From positions 40,920,001 to 40,984,000 of the forward strand of contig OZ296656.1 in the NCBI GenBank assembly GCA_965655095.1: a stretch of 64,000 bases of DNA, given 5' to 3'. The position numbers and the translations under genes are program-made. The notes beneath the pieces were generated by a model. It was not told where the DNA came from and searched no databases. It saw only the letters and a program-made list of their open reading frames with translations. This document shows positions 28,071-39,789 of the stretch, one piece after another (position 1 is the stretch's first letter; each line of letters starts with the position of its first letter). The DNA is from Haplodiscus bocki. Lineage: Eukaryota.

Positions 28071-28944
28071 TTGTTCTCTTCAACTGTCGAGACAGTTGTC
28101 CAGACACCTTCGACTAGTTGTTGGAGCTTCAAATTTCGAATTCTCAAGGTTTGAGAGACTACTCCCTTTTTGATGAGGTCTCTCGTCAGTTTAAGAGCTT
28201 TGTTTTCTTTTGCCATATCTTCCTTTGTCAATTCGTGACTGATGAAGATCATCCTGTTGAGTTCAGTGTATGTCTTTAGTTTGTGTGCCGACTTTATCAT
28301 GACCTCTTTGTCAAGATCGTTGTCTAAGTCGATATTGACAGTGCGGGGCCCTTTGTCTGGATTTGGCTGTCCAACTTGGGTGAGCTTCGTTAGCGATGAG
28401 CGAATGTCCAGATGGTCTAGGATCCTTTTGACCTTTTCTCGGTCCTTCAGTTTGTCCTCCTTGCCATCTTCTGTTTCAGGGAGACATTTGATGCGTATAC
28501 CCAGGCTATCTTTTGCTGGTTTATAGACTCTTTTTCCTGGGGCTTTGTTTCCGACGACACTTACGTAACTTCCTGAGCAGTTTGTTTCGGTTGCAGGTTT
28601 CTTCATGTTAGCCACTTCTGTCTTGAGGTCTTCAACTGCTGCTGCTGACTTCTCCATAGATAGAAGGAAGTCGCTCATTCGTTTCTCAAGGGATTTTACA
28701 TTTGCTGCCAAGTCGTCGTTGTTGCTCTTAACGGCAGCCCTGTTACTGGGGGCTTGTGACTTTTTGCTTTTGCAATCGTTGCACACCATTAACAGGTTTT
28801 GCTTCAGTTCTACCAGAACCTTGATTTGGTCTTCTTCGAATCCTGTGCACGTTTGGTTCATGTGCATACTATAGCCACAAAAGTAGCATACGAATGCATT
28901 CTTTGGTGACCCGACTTTGAGATTCAGGATTTGCAGTTGGTCAT
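28067..28944 (-). pseudogene. LINE ORF1: PHD finger + coiled coil + RRM/CTD-like region, 1-nt frameshift near start
   Basis: CYFC..H....C...CNDC, coiled coil LAANVKSLEKRM..VEDLKTEV, then GIRIKCLPE, PRTVNIDL, IFISHELT (L1/CR1-like ORF1 pattern). ATG at 28944 in aaaaccATG context gives MTNCKS, and restoring one base gives C-K-S-C in frame. Confidence 0.88.
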
Positions 28945-29159
28945 GGTTTTCGAAGTGGTTGATTTGTCGATTCAGTTGGGGATTGATGTGAGTTGTCAAG
29001 AAACAGATGAGTGGTCTCCTCTTGAAACCTTAAGGTATCTGCGGAGATCTAGGTGGACCTGGTTCAGGTTGGGATGCGTGGGACGAGGAATAGGCCGTCT
29101 ACTATTACTAGTATCCGCAAAACCTTAAGGTAGTTTTGATACTTGTAGAGTCGACTTAC

Positions 29160-29783
29160 CTAACTCGGGGCGTTGAAGTGTCCGCAGAGACAACCTGGCT
29201 GCTTGGCGTTTCCACAAACGGTGACTTCATGAGGTCCTTTCTTGTCCTGTTCAATATCGTACAGCTTGTACAGAATCTTCTCTTTCAGAAGTCTTTTCAG
29301 GTTTTTGAGGCCCTCGTCAGTGAGATGGACAGAGTCTTCAGAGATATGGCGGGACCAGATGTACTTGGACACACTTCCGTACTTCCATTCTGCCTTGGTA
29401 CTGAAGCGCTCGAGTATCTCGTTGACTTTGGCTGTCCGTTCTTTTTTGTTGTGGCGCTCGGGGATGCCAATTACGTGGACCAGCCCGGTTCTGGGGACTA
29501 TCGTGTCGGCTAGTGTCTTCAAGTCTTCAGCTATCCGTTGGGGTGACTGTTCAGACAAGGCTCCGCCCTTTTCGAAACAATCGTTGCCACCAATGAACAG
29601 CGATGCTGACTTGTATTTCCCTTGAGGGGGAAGAAAATAGTAGACGTGTCGAATCTTGCCACCTGGTAGAGACAGCACGTTCACAACTCCACTGTTGAGA
29701 CAGGTCTTGTTCTCGCTGTGTGTCTGCGAGTCAGATATCAACAAATGCTCACTGTCAGCTTCGTAGTAGACGTGAAATCTCAT
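29160..29783 (-). CDS. SGNH/GDSL-type esterase ORF (ORF0), 207 aa, intact
   Basis: All four SGNH blocks in order: LLISDSQ (I, catalytic Ser), LPGG (II), FIGGND (III), DSVHL (V, DxxH). C-terminal Cys/His cluster CGNAKQPGCLCGH. Confidence 0.85.
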   Translation of the reverse strand: MRFHVYYEADSEHLLISDSQTHSENKTCLNSGVVNVLSLPGGKIRHVYYFLPPQGKYKSASLFIGGNDCFEKGGALSEQSPQRIAEDLKTLADTIVPRTGLVHVIGIPERHNKKERTAKVNEILERFSTKAEWKYGSVSKYIWSRHISEDSVHLTDEGLKNLKRLLKEKILYKLYDIEQDKKGPHEVTVCGNAKQPGCLCGHFNAPS

Positions 29784-29924
29784 TGATGGCCAGATAAGAC
29801 GAGCAGGACTTCCGTTGAAACCTTAAGGTATCTTTGGAAGTATATGTGAGACAATAAAAGGGCCACCACGGCTGCCCTTGCAATTTCAATCTGAAAATAC
29901 ACTATTTAATAGCGTGTGTTTAAT

Positions 29925-29955
29925 AGAGTGTGTTTTCAATCTGAAAACACACTCT
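29925..29955. repeat. Perfect 14-bp hairpin near the LINE 5' boundary
   Basis: agagtgtgttttca-atc-tgaaaacacactct, with a partial duplicate at 29884-29903. Confidence 0.9.
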
Positions 29956-31809
29956 GCTTCTCGAATGACCCAGAAATACAGTTTCGGAGACGGTTTTTCA
30001 AGTATGTGCTGCAGTTGTTTAGAGTGCTCTTCCTCATTCCCTAAAACTTGACGATTCTAAGAAGATTTTACTTGAGAACTGGAAACTCATCTTTTTTGAG
30101 TGACTGCCGCTTTGTGTTTCATAAGAAAAGAGAATTACAACCAATCGACCTTGAAGAGTTCCAATTGTTTCGGTGCTTTGAGTAGTCTGCAATTTTCGGT
30201 GCTTTGAAAGTTTGGCGGGATGTGGTGTCACCTTTTTCTACGGAAGATTCTACGGCTACCATTTAGTCTTTTTTTGCTGCCTATCTTTTGGGCTTTGTTC
30301 GAGTTGACTTCCGCAATAGATGAGACGTACCACCTTCGTAGTGCTCATCCTGTTATTCTTGATGCAGGGATCAGGAGACGGCACTATCAGACTCTTCCGT
30401 ATCCAAAGAGAATATTCGTTCTAGACAGGCTCAGTAAAAGCTCTTTTTTGAGGACAAAACCTGTTTGTCTCCTTCCTTTTGTGCTAGTTTTCTGATTTTC
30501 TTCTGCAAGAATTAAGTCTGCTTCAGTCCTTCTGCAGTTTTGACGAGGTATCTGTAAGAATCGATTCGAATTTTAATTGGCTCTCTAACATGCTGTTCAT
30601 TATACTATTTCTGGCCCGGGCTTTGCACATAATAACAGTGCCTGCGTTGACGAGATCAATTGATGACATCCGGCATGAAAATGTAATCATTCTTGCCTGA
30701 AAACGCGTGCTTCACCATTTTCCTTGTTTTTAGGGATTCGGTTTTTTGAGGCTATAGATTTTACTTTTATTCTTCCCTGTTCTCAGTGAATTTGGCGCAT
30801 CAGCGTGACTGGTCAGGTGGGCGATGAAATGAATCCTCGATTTCTACGTAGTTACTTTCCGGCATTTGTATTCGCTTTCTTTGCTTCTCCAAGCTAGATT
30901 GAACGTCACTTCTTACTCTCTCCGTACATGTAGTAATTCATTCAAATATTTTCTGAATTTTGTCTTCGATTCGAATTTTATTTTACTCATTTTAAAATTA
31001 TCCGTCAATTTTCACTAACTTCGCCGAGTTCCATTTTTTATTCTTAGTTGTTAGTGCTTAATATTTAGCCTCGTTGATGCCTATTTTTACTACGCCACTT
31101 GAGACCCAATGTTACATCTTTAAGTCCAAACTGGTTAATAATCGAGAAAAGCCAAATTCATAGTTACAGAAAGACGAAACCAAGGAAAAATCTATTCAAC
31201 AAAGGCTTAGGCCTGCAGACCAGAATTCTACAAAGAGGCAATAGGAGGTCCAAAATTCAGATGAGCAAATGATATCTTGGAAGCAGGGCTGTTAAAAATA
31301 TATTCATAAAAAATTTTTATAAATAAAGTACATATTTTTCGTTTTTGGAAACTAGATGATTTATGTTTCAAGAGAACTAATTTAACTTTACTTTATTCGC
31401 CCAATTAACTTTGAACGATTACAGAAAATCCACTCTGCCAGTTCGCTTGGAAAAACGAATGTATTTTTTTCGGTGAATCGAATCTTTTGGGATAATAATT
31501 TTGTTGATAATGTAGTCAAGAAATCGGAATGAACCTTTTTGGATGTTACTTCTGTTGAGTAATTAGTTGAAAAACCCAAAGATTTGCATTAAACCTATTT
31601 TTTTACTGAAAAATTATGTAAAGTCGTCAGGTTTTTAAATACCTTATTTTTCCGAAATTATTCAAATATGTTTTTCCAGCCCTGTTTGAAACAGATGTAT
31701 TCGTGTTCTTTCAAGAATTCAATTGTTTCAACCGCAATATTTGCATGGTTGTTTTCTAATTTTTAAAGAGTTTAGTGATCTTAGGTTTCAATTTTTTTTC
31801 CAGATAATT

Positions 31810-34800
31810 ATGGCAACATCACTGTCAGATATGGAAGTGATAGGTCGCGGTACTCAAGGTGTTTCATACAAAGGAAGTCCACATGAAGGATCGGGAGATT
31901 GCGTTGTTAAGGTTATAGAATGCGCAGATCTCAATTATGCCAACATGCTATTCCAGCAGTTGATGAAACTCAAAGAATTGGACCACAAAAACATCATGGT
32001 TCCTTCCGATGTTTTCATAACATGGAAGGAAGATAATTCAATTGTAGCCGTAAATGTGATATATCCTTTCTTTCCAGCTCCATGTACTTTAGAGCATCTA
32101 ATTGCCGAGAAGCTGCAACGTGATGAATATTTCACAGTGTCAGAAATCCAGAAGTCAATTGGTCAACTTGTCGATGCTCTTAGTTTTGCGTACCAGAATG
32201 ATCTATTTCATTTGAATTTGAAACCCTCTAACATCTTCTATTATAATGAACAATTCATGATACGTGATTTTGGTTTGCCGGCTCTACTTTCTGATATCGC
32301 CACAAGAACTCGGACTACTGATGGACGTCTCTACAAATATACTGAACTTGAGTATCTGTATAGAATTATTGAAGAACCTAAAGTATTGTCGGAATATTGC
32401 CCACCGAATGATACGTACCTAGACAGCAAGACCGATGTGTTCTCCTTGGGTTTGATTATTTACCAAATGCATTGGCTAAAACCAGTATTGCCTGTTGACA
32501 CTTCTATCTGTAGGAATTCTGCCAATGATATTGAGGATCCAATTCTAAGAGGACTTTTGACCCAAATGGTTGATCCAAAAAGTGAATCCCGCCCCTCTAT
32601 TTCAAATTTGAGTTAGAAATAAACATTTTGACTTAATTGATTCTTATCATCGTTTTTAATCAAGGCGCTTATTTTGCGTTTCAGCGTCGCTACCAGAAAT
32701 AGCACATCTAATGGATTTGTCGGAACGTGAGCGTATCAAGCAGAAGCGACAACAGAGCGCTAAAGTTCCTCACAAACTTGTACCCATAGAATCCCCAATT
32801 GAAGTTGTCATTTCGAACTTGGGTGAAGCGTGGAAAAGCGAAGAGCTCACCCGAGCTTCATTCAGGGCCATTTACGCAGCTAGTGCTAGGGCAACAGCAA
32901 CATTCAGCGAGGACGAAAAGAAAATAATTGTCGATGCTGCTGTTTTTCATGAGGAAGTCCAAGATATACAGGTAAGTCCCAGATTTTTATCGCATCTTCA
33001 ATATCCTTTTCACCACTTGAAACAAAGAAACAAATTGTCTGCCGTTTTTTGATCAGATTATTCTTGCTAGACTGACTGTTGATCATGCTACAGGAGAAAT
33101 TTCTGGCAATTACCTACAACTTAATGGCTTTGGTTGAAGATGAAAGCGATATAATGTGCGGCGAACGTGTATGTAAGCACGTGTTGACTATCTCGCGACG
33201 GTATGCCAACATGGAGAACATAATCTACGCGTGTCTGCAAGTTTTACTTCTGTTCACGTCGCACAGTTTTGGAGCCAGCAATCTCTGTCGTTCCAAATGT
33301 TTGCCCTCAGTGTTACAACTCATGGATAAGTACCCCGGAGACAAGGGCATTGCCATCCGTGTTGTGAGCTGGATTGTGTGGGCTATTGCTGCGAACAGAG
33401 AGAACAGACTGGATTTGCTGGCTGCTAATGTGCCTCAAAAAATTTACAGTCTTCTGCCCCAAATCCAGGTAATGTTTTTGGGGTAGGCTCAAATGTTCAT
33501 TCATAGTCGGAGCTGTAGTAAAAGTCCGATTGTTACATATTAGTTTTTGCAAACGAGGTATTTAAAATATGGGAAAAACCGAAGGAGTAGTGAAACACTC
33601 GTTTTTTTCTTCCTACTTATTCCTTTTCCAGATCCTAGATGCGAAAGAAGAATATTTATCTTCGCGTTTTTGAACCATTTTTTAGAGCTTAACGAAGTTT
33701 CGCTTTCCTATACTGAAGTCGGTTTTAATGTTTGATTTTTGGATCGGGAATGAGTCCGAGGAATGAATGCCCGAAAGTTTTTAAAATCGTCTAAAGCGTG
33801 GATTGGACGCAATCCCTTCTTGAATAAAAAGCCATTTAGTTTTTTTTGACAAAAAATCATGAACGGCTTATTAAATTCAGATTATTATGAAAATACACGG
33901 ATCGACTTAGATTAAGTTGAAAAATAAAAGGAGAATCGATAAAAATACCACGTCAAAGAAGCTACATGAAGAAATAATTTGAAATCGGCACAAAGACGTC
34001 AAAAAGAGCGGGCATATATAATGACAGGTGCCAGGAGTATTAACACGTCTGTTAGTAGTTATGCTATCACTAGAAAAAAAAGGCTACCCGCTCGCGGTCA
34101 ATTAAATCTTTGCTTCCAGTCTCCTTGAAGTGTTCCATTTGCGAATCGAATGATGAAGTTAGTTTAGTTATGGAGAAAATGTAGTTTCAATATCAAGAGA
34201 ATTGAATACTATTTGCTCTTTTTATCTATCATTCACTCAATGTGGGGATAACCGAACGATATGTTCCCGCAGAAAAATTTTACAGGTAAACCTGTTTTTT
34301 TTTGTCCAGGAGAAACTAGGAGAGGAAGAAAAATGATCCCAGAAGAGAAAAAATCAAGTTTTTCCATTTATAATTGATTTTTTCAACGATTTTCGGCTTC
34401 TTGAGAAAATTGAAAATTTATCCCCAATTTTTAAAATTATATCGAAAAAACGATTTGTTACAGTTACGTCGGAAAACGGAATTTTTGAGGGAAAAAAGTC
34501 CACTTATCAAAAAAGCCCAAATTTCATGAAAAAACTCTGTTTTTTCCTATTAAAAATTAGGAATGTGCTAAGGATTATCTGGAAACATGTAAAAAAAAAT
34601 GGCCAATAGAGGGATTCGAACGCGCCCTTTCTGACTAACCGCGGTGAAACCCCGCACATATATAATATTCAAGCCACTTATTGTTCTGTAACCTGATGTC
34701 TGTACGTCATAGCCAGCTGCAGAAAAAACTCCTCTACTGAATTAAATATTTTCGTTTGGAAAATTTTTTTGATGGAAAATAATTATTATAGTTGAATTTA

Positions 34801-35266
34801 GAATGAAGACAATTTGTTGGAGTCATACACCGCATGTCTGTGGTCACTGTCGAGTTATAGAGAAATGTTGGAGGACTTCAAGAAGCACAAAGGCGTCGAC
34901 TTCGTTCTGAATATTCTCAATGAATGCCAAACGGAGCCTAGAGTGTTGCGAAATTGTTGCATGACCCTAGCCAATGTTGTCGAAATGGATGAAGTCTGCG
35001 CCTATTCGGTGTTAGCTAGTAATGTTGACGATCCTTTCGGCTTGTTGCGCAATCTATATCACCCGAACAGAGATAACCCCGAGTTCGTGGAGTCCTACAT
35101 AACTTTGCTGGCCGAGTTATCCAGCTATGACGAGATCCGATACGAATTGCATCGAATGAACTTCATAGAAATTTGTGGTGAAATTGACTTGTACTACCAA
35201 GCATCAGCTTCGATTATGAAGAACATGAAGCGCTGTGTTGACAACTTGAATTCATACAAATTATAG
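31810..35266 (+). CDS. STKLD1: Ser/Thr kinase-like domain + ARM-like repeat protein (STKLD1/SgK071-like pseudokinase); exons 31810-32611, 32685-32971, 33094-33468, 34802-35266; 642 aa
   Basis: GRGTQG, VVKVIEC.D...AN, LKELDHKNI..DVFITW, HLNLKPSNI, DFG and DVFSLG, followed by helical ARM-like repeats. All three introns are GT-AG and keep the frame (phases 1, 0, 0; 1929 nt including stop). An acceptor-like ttttccag lies 6 nt before the ATG and AATAAA at 35382. Orthology is inferred from the remembered motif pattern and architecture. Confidence 0.85.
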
Positions 35267-35579
35267 ATATCGTAGCCATGAAAATCGTTGAGAAGTCGCT
35301 TGGGTGGTCGCTTAGAATTCAAAACAAAATAATTTCAATTCATTTGTGGAAACTCTCATCTTTTGTTGAATTGATGATGTAAATAAATGAACATTTGTGT
35401 ATATCATGTACATAGCGGAAAATTCAGTAACTTTACCTCAAGTTTTTTATTTCTTTTAGCCGGCTCTTGAGATATGAATAGGAAGCCCGGAACACTACAA
35501 AACGGTGGCCGCCCATGTGGCTCCAAGTATTAATAGGACGGGAGCTTTTGATATTTGGAGAGCGTTGGATTTTGAAAAA

Positions 35580-37820
35580 AAAGTTATCGGGTGCGGTGTC
35601 AAGAATTTTCGTCCAAAGTTTTCTTTCAGCCAATTATTTTTGGCAGGATGATCTTTGGAACCGTATAGACTACCTGGGAACAAATTTTGGATCATTGAAT
35701 CAGTAACTGCGTTTTGCTCAAGAGAATGCAGTTGACTTTTGTCCAAAATCTCCGAAGGTGTAAATGAAAGCTGGGTTTTCTGTTTGGCATTGGAAATTTC
35801 AAAGGTTCAACTCCAATCTCGTTTCTTCATTCAGTAGAGTGAATCTGCTTAAGATGCTTTGGCAAATTTGTTTTTAACCTGGCAATGCCAGCCTATTAAG
35901 GCGGACGCCCGTTTTTTTGTCGTATCGCCTATAACTCGCATTTGCTACCAATTGCAGTGCTGTTCGTATTACTTCGCTTGTAGTGGTCAATGGGCATGTG
36001 CGCTTGGTTTTTACGAGCATCCGGTGTTCAATATTTTTTTGTTAGTTTTGGCATCTTTGGAAAAAGGCCTGTCTTGTCAATTGGGAGAGATGCTGTCTGC
36101 TTTGAGGAATTTTTTGCAACTTCACTCCAAAGTAGAGTTCTGAAATGTATCGACCATTTAAGCTGAGATTTCAAATTGGTACCAAAATTAAACTTATCAT
36201 TTTAGAAGTTGAGCTAAAAATTTGGACCATCAACAAAAAATTTTCCTAAATTCGACCGAATTTTCGCTATTCTCGATACAAAGTGACCATTTCCGCGCAT
36301 AACTTGACGAAATTAATACCAATGTGTACTGTAAATTTCTGGAAAACCCTCACATTTTCGTGGGCAAGAGTAGCTAGTTCTGCTGCAATTTTTGCACTTT
36401 CGTTTTTGCCTTACATATCATCTTTCTAGCTACACATGAAGCATATATCAATATGAAACATTAAGTTTCGTGGAATGTTTCTCATTTTTGAAGGTTCTTG
36501 TCAAAAAATGGCGTTTCAAAGTAGGCCGAAAGCAGCTACTTACGAGAATTTTTAGAGTGTCATTTCCCTATCAACTTTCTAGCTGTATTTCCAAACTGAT
36601 ACAGTACAGAAGTGAAAAAATAGAGAACTATGGAAGATTTTCCCATGTTTATTCCTGTTCGAGGTTTTCCAATGCCTTAATTTGTGTCTTTGATACTTTA
36701 GATAGACCAAAATAACTAACGTGTAATTATTTTGCGCTTCAGCATTCCATATCAACTTTCTATAAACTTGACCAATACGATGCGGAAGCACAGGCGTAGA
36801 TCAATACAGCAGGTCTTTCCGAACTTTTTCATAGCTGTTTTTTCGAGTTTTGAAAAATTTTCGTTCTTTCAGTTTGTAATAATTGGTTCCGTGCTGCAAG
36901 TGCCCCTCAAGAGCCATTACGGGAGGACGTAATCAGCCATTATTTTTCAATTGTTGATTTTTTTGCTGTAAAATTATGGTTTTTAGTTGATAAAAATGGC
37001 TAACTTTTTTTGCCTTTGAATCAACAACACAAAAGGTAAGAAGTGTTAATATTGAATGTTTTTTCTCCCAAACGGTACTCTTGGCGCTCCTGAGTGAGCA
37101 AAAATCTGATAAAGTGCGCTATTTGTCAGAGTTTTTCTTTGTGTTTTCTCCAGTTCTGTCTTTTCGATTATTTCAAAACGATATGCCACTGCTGGAACAG
37201 GTTCTTCAAGTTTCCTTCTTGTACAACAAGTGTATTTTTGAGCAAGGAGCTGGCATCTACGCACCCCTGGGTTCCATTGCTTGGTGTAGTTTTCCAAAAC
37301 CAACTAAAATCTTTTTTTGGCAGTTTTTGAAGAAAAGAACTTTGCAGTTTCTGGCTCAAACTGCTCCACGGACAGGAGAGGATTTGATTTTAGGAACGTT
37401 CCGGTTTTTGGGGAAAAAATTTCAAGTCCCATCTCCAGAGTTTCTGTTCAAAGTTTTTTCAGGTCATTTTTTCTGGCAGTGTGATCTTCCGAACCGTATA
37501 CACTACGTCGGAACAAATTTTGTATAATTGAATCATTAATTGCGTCTGGCTCAGAATGAAGTTGAATTTTGTCTCAGGTCACCGAAGTTGGAGGTGAAAG
37601 CTTGGTTTTCTGTTTGGCATTGGAGATTCTATGGTTCAACTACTATCTCGTTCTTTTTACTGTAGAGTGAATACGTTGTAGATGCTTTGTCAATTTGCTT
37701 TTAAGTTGGCAACGCCAAGCTATTACGATGGACGATCGTTTTTCTTACGTTTCGTTCGTGACTCGTATTTGCCGCCAATAACTGTGATGCTGGTAATACT
37801 TCGCTTGTGACGGAAAAAGA
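35580..37820 (+). repeat. Two diverged copies of a ~420-bp repeat (35580-36000 and 37400-37820)
   Basis: gatctttggaaccgtatagactacctgggaacaaattttg vs gatcttccgaaccgtatacactacgtcggaacaaattttg. Both share gttttctgtttggcattgga and gtagagtgaat. Confidence 0.8.
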
Positions 37821-39789
37821 CGGTACCTCTTGTACTAGAGGTTAATGATGACGGCCATTTGCTGGCTGTTATTGTCAGTGTCACTCCCAATCCCCTCTCG
37901 ACCAAATTTCCCTGTCGCTTCTTGGCATCTCTTTTCTCGAAGGCTGTTAAATCAATGAGGTTGCTTGTTTTCTGCTTTCAGTTTTTGAACTTTACTCCTG
38001 AACGAATTTTTCTGAATTTGTTGACGATGTTGTCATTTTTTGTAGGAAAGGTTAATTTTTGTCTTTTTTGAAATCGAGTTAGTTTTTCAATTTCCCAAAT
38101 TGAACGATTTTTAAGGTTTTCGACTGGAAACGTCAAGTTTCACTGTTTTCGACAAAGTTTTCGCTTTTTTCTCTGCCGCTTCTGATTTTTCGGGTGGAAT
38201 TTGACGAAGGGAATATCAAGCAAAAGTGTTTCAGACAGTTTGGCGTTTTTTCGGAAGGAACTGAAAATGTTTTTGAGTTTGTCCGAAATTAGTTGGTTTT
38301 TGCTGTCCCTTTTGCCCCCTCTACTTCACAATGAATCTCAACAAGGCGTGCAGTTGAGATAAGTGCAAATTTTTGGGTTTTGCGGAATTATTCCGAATTT
38401 CGATAGTGTCTGTCATTAGATGGTATTTTCAGTGTATTAAGGTAGGCCAATATTGCGCTAGTCTCCCGGTTTCCGCAGAATTCTCGCCTTTCTGATTTCG
38501 ATGTCAACTTTTGGCAGCGTTTCTGAACTCATGCAGCATTAACGGATCCGAATTGTGGCCAAAGACAGTAGTAGATTCTTCGGAGTTTCAGAAGAGCTAA
38601 TATCGTGTTTTCAGCAAGTTTCGCGCTTTCGCCTCCATTATCAACCATCTTGCCACGAGGCCAAACTAATATGATACAGCAGCACAATTGTGGCTGGATA
38701 CAGCAATAACTTTCAAAGTTTTTCTTTTGGGGAAGTTTTTGTGCGGTTCAAAAAAAGCCAGAAATTTTTTTTTCGACGTCGGCGGAGTTTTCGGTGGGTT
38801 GCTTCTACTTTTAATTATCTGCGACAAGTATATTGGAAACTGAAATGAAACGATGGAGCTTTCAAGTATTCAATAGATACTTGACATTTTGCAAGTAAAT
38901 GGTAGTTTTTTGCGTTTTCTAATCTTGAAAATTAGCCGATTTTACGATTTCTGGATATTAAATTTTACGACTCGTGGATGTTCTTGCACGAAATCTTATC
39001 AAATACAGCCAAATTAAAGGAAGTGTTCAAGTTTGACTTTTTCTCAGGTTTTCAAAACTTCCATTCAAAAGTTACCTTTTATACTCAGCGTCAGCCTGAA
39101 ACCGATAGGTACCGATGTCCATGCAGTTTTCGTTCTTTCCCTCAGCAAACAATCCTTTGTCTTCAATTAGCTCAGATGGTGTTCAAACGTTAGTGCTTTT
39201 GCTACAAGTCCTACACGCCTTTGTTGTAGATAAATAATTCTCTGCCATGAGGGCGTATCCGTGCACCCTATAGGGCCTTTGTTTCCTATCGTTCTCGAAT
39301 AAAAAACCTCTAAGAAAACTTGCTCTCTCATGGAAGATTTCTTACTCCGCTACGCAGTTGGAAAAGCTTTGAGGTCCCTTAGCAAAATCCCAGATGATAA
39401 TTTGAAGAGGGCGGAAAATTCCAATTCTTTACCGATATAGACTTTCGTTTCGATAATTTGAGAAATTTCATTATAGTTTTTGACGGCTTTTTCGCGGTAT
39501 TTTTGGATAATGCTGGTTCGAAGTTTCGCGGAAGTGGTCAAAATTGTGGAAGCTCTGCTAAACTCTGCCTCGCCTCTGTGTTACCTTTGCGCAGTGAATT
39601 TCTATATCACGTGCGTCTGCCACTTTTGTCCCAATCAATTGACAACTCAAATTTAATCCGAGTCTAATGTTCCGACATTTTATTCATGCGCTATCGCTTT
39701 GTTCAATTTTTTTTGTTTCGTGCTCTCTCGCTTTGTTGGAAAAATTTGTTAACGTGGCCTATTTTCGAGCGTGCGCGCTTGTTTCAAAT

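Larger units (their letters stand above)
25082..29880 (-). mobile_element. Near full-length CR1/L2-group LINE with three ORFs and (ACT)n tail
   Basis: ORF0 (SGNH), ORF1 (PHD) and ORF2 (APE+RT) are collinear on the - strand, with a short 3' UTR containing AATAAA and a trinucleotide tail. The 5' boundary is approximate and no TSD was found. Confidence 0.85.

Noticed and set aside
25071-29000. 11-bp inverted match cttgacaactc (25071) / gagttgtcaag (28990) as TIR or TSD
   Set aside because: It is inverted, internal to the element and short, so it is not a target-site duplication and is probably chance.
26229-29625. Plus-strand ORFs overlapping the LINE
   Set aside because: Antisense shadows of the real minus-strand ORFs.
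29160-29783. ORF0 intactness as evidence of domestication or selection
   Set aside because: There are only about four lesions in ~3.8 kb of ORF1+ORF2, so an unbroken 0.6-kb ORF is unremarkable by chance.
30030-31000. Possible gag-like remnant on the - strand
   Set aside because: No clear CCHC knuckle or other motif could be reconstructed.
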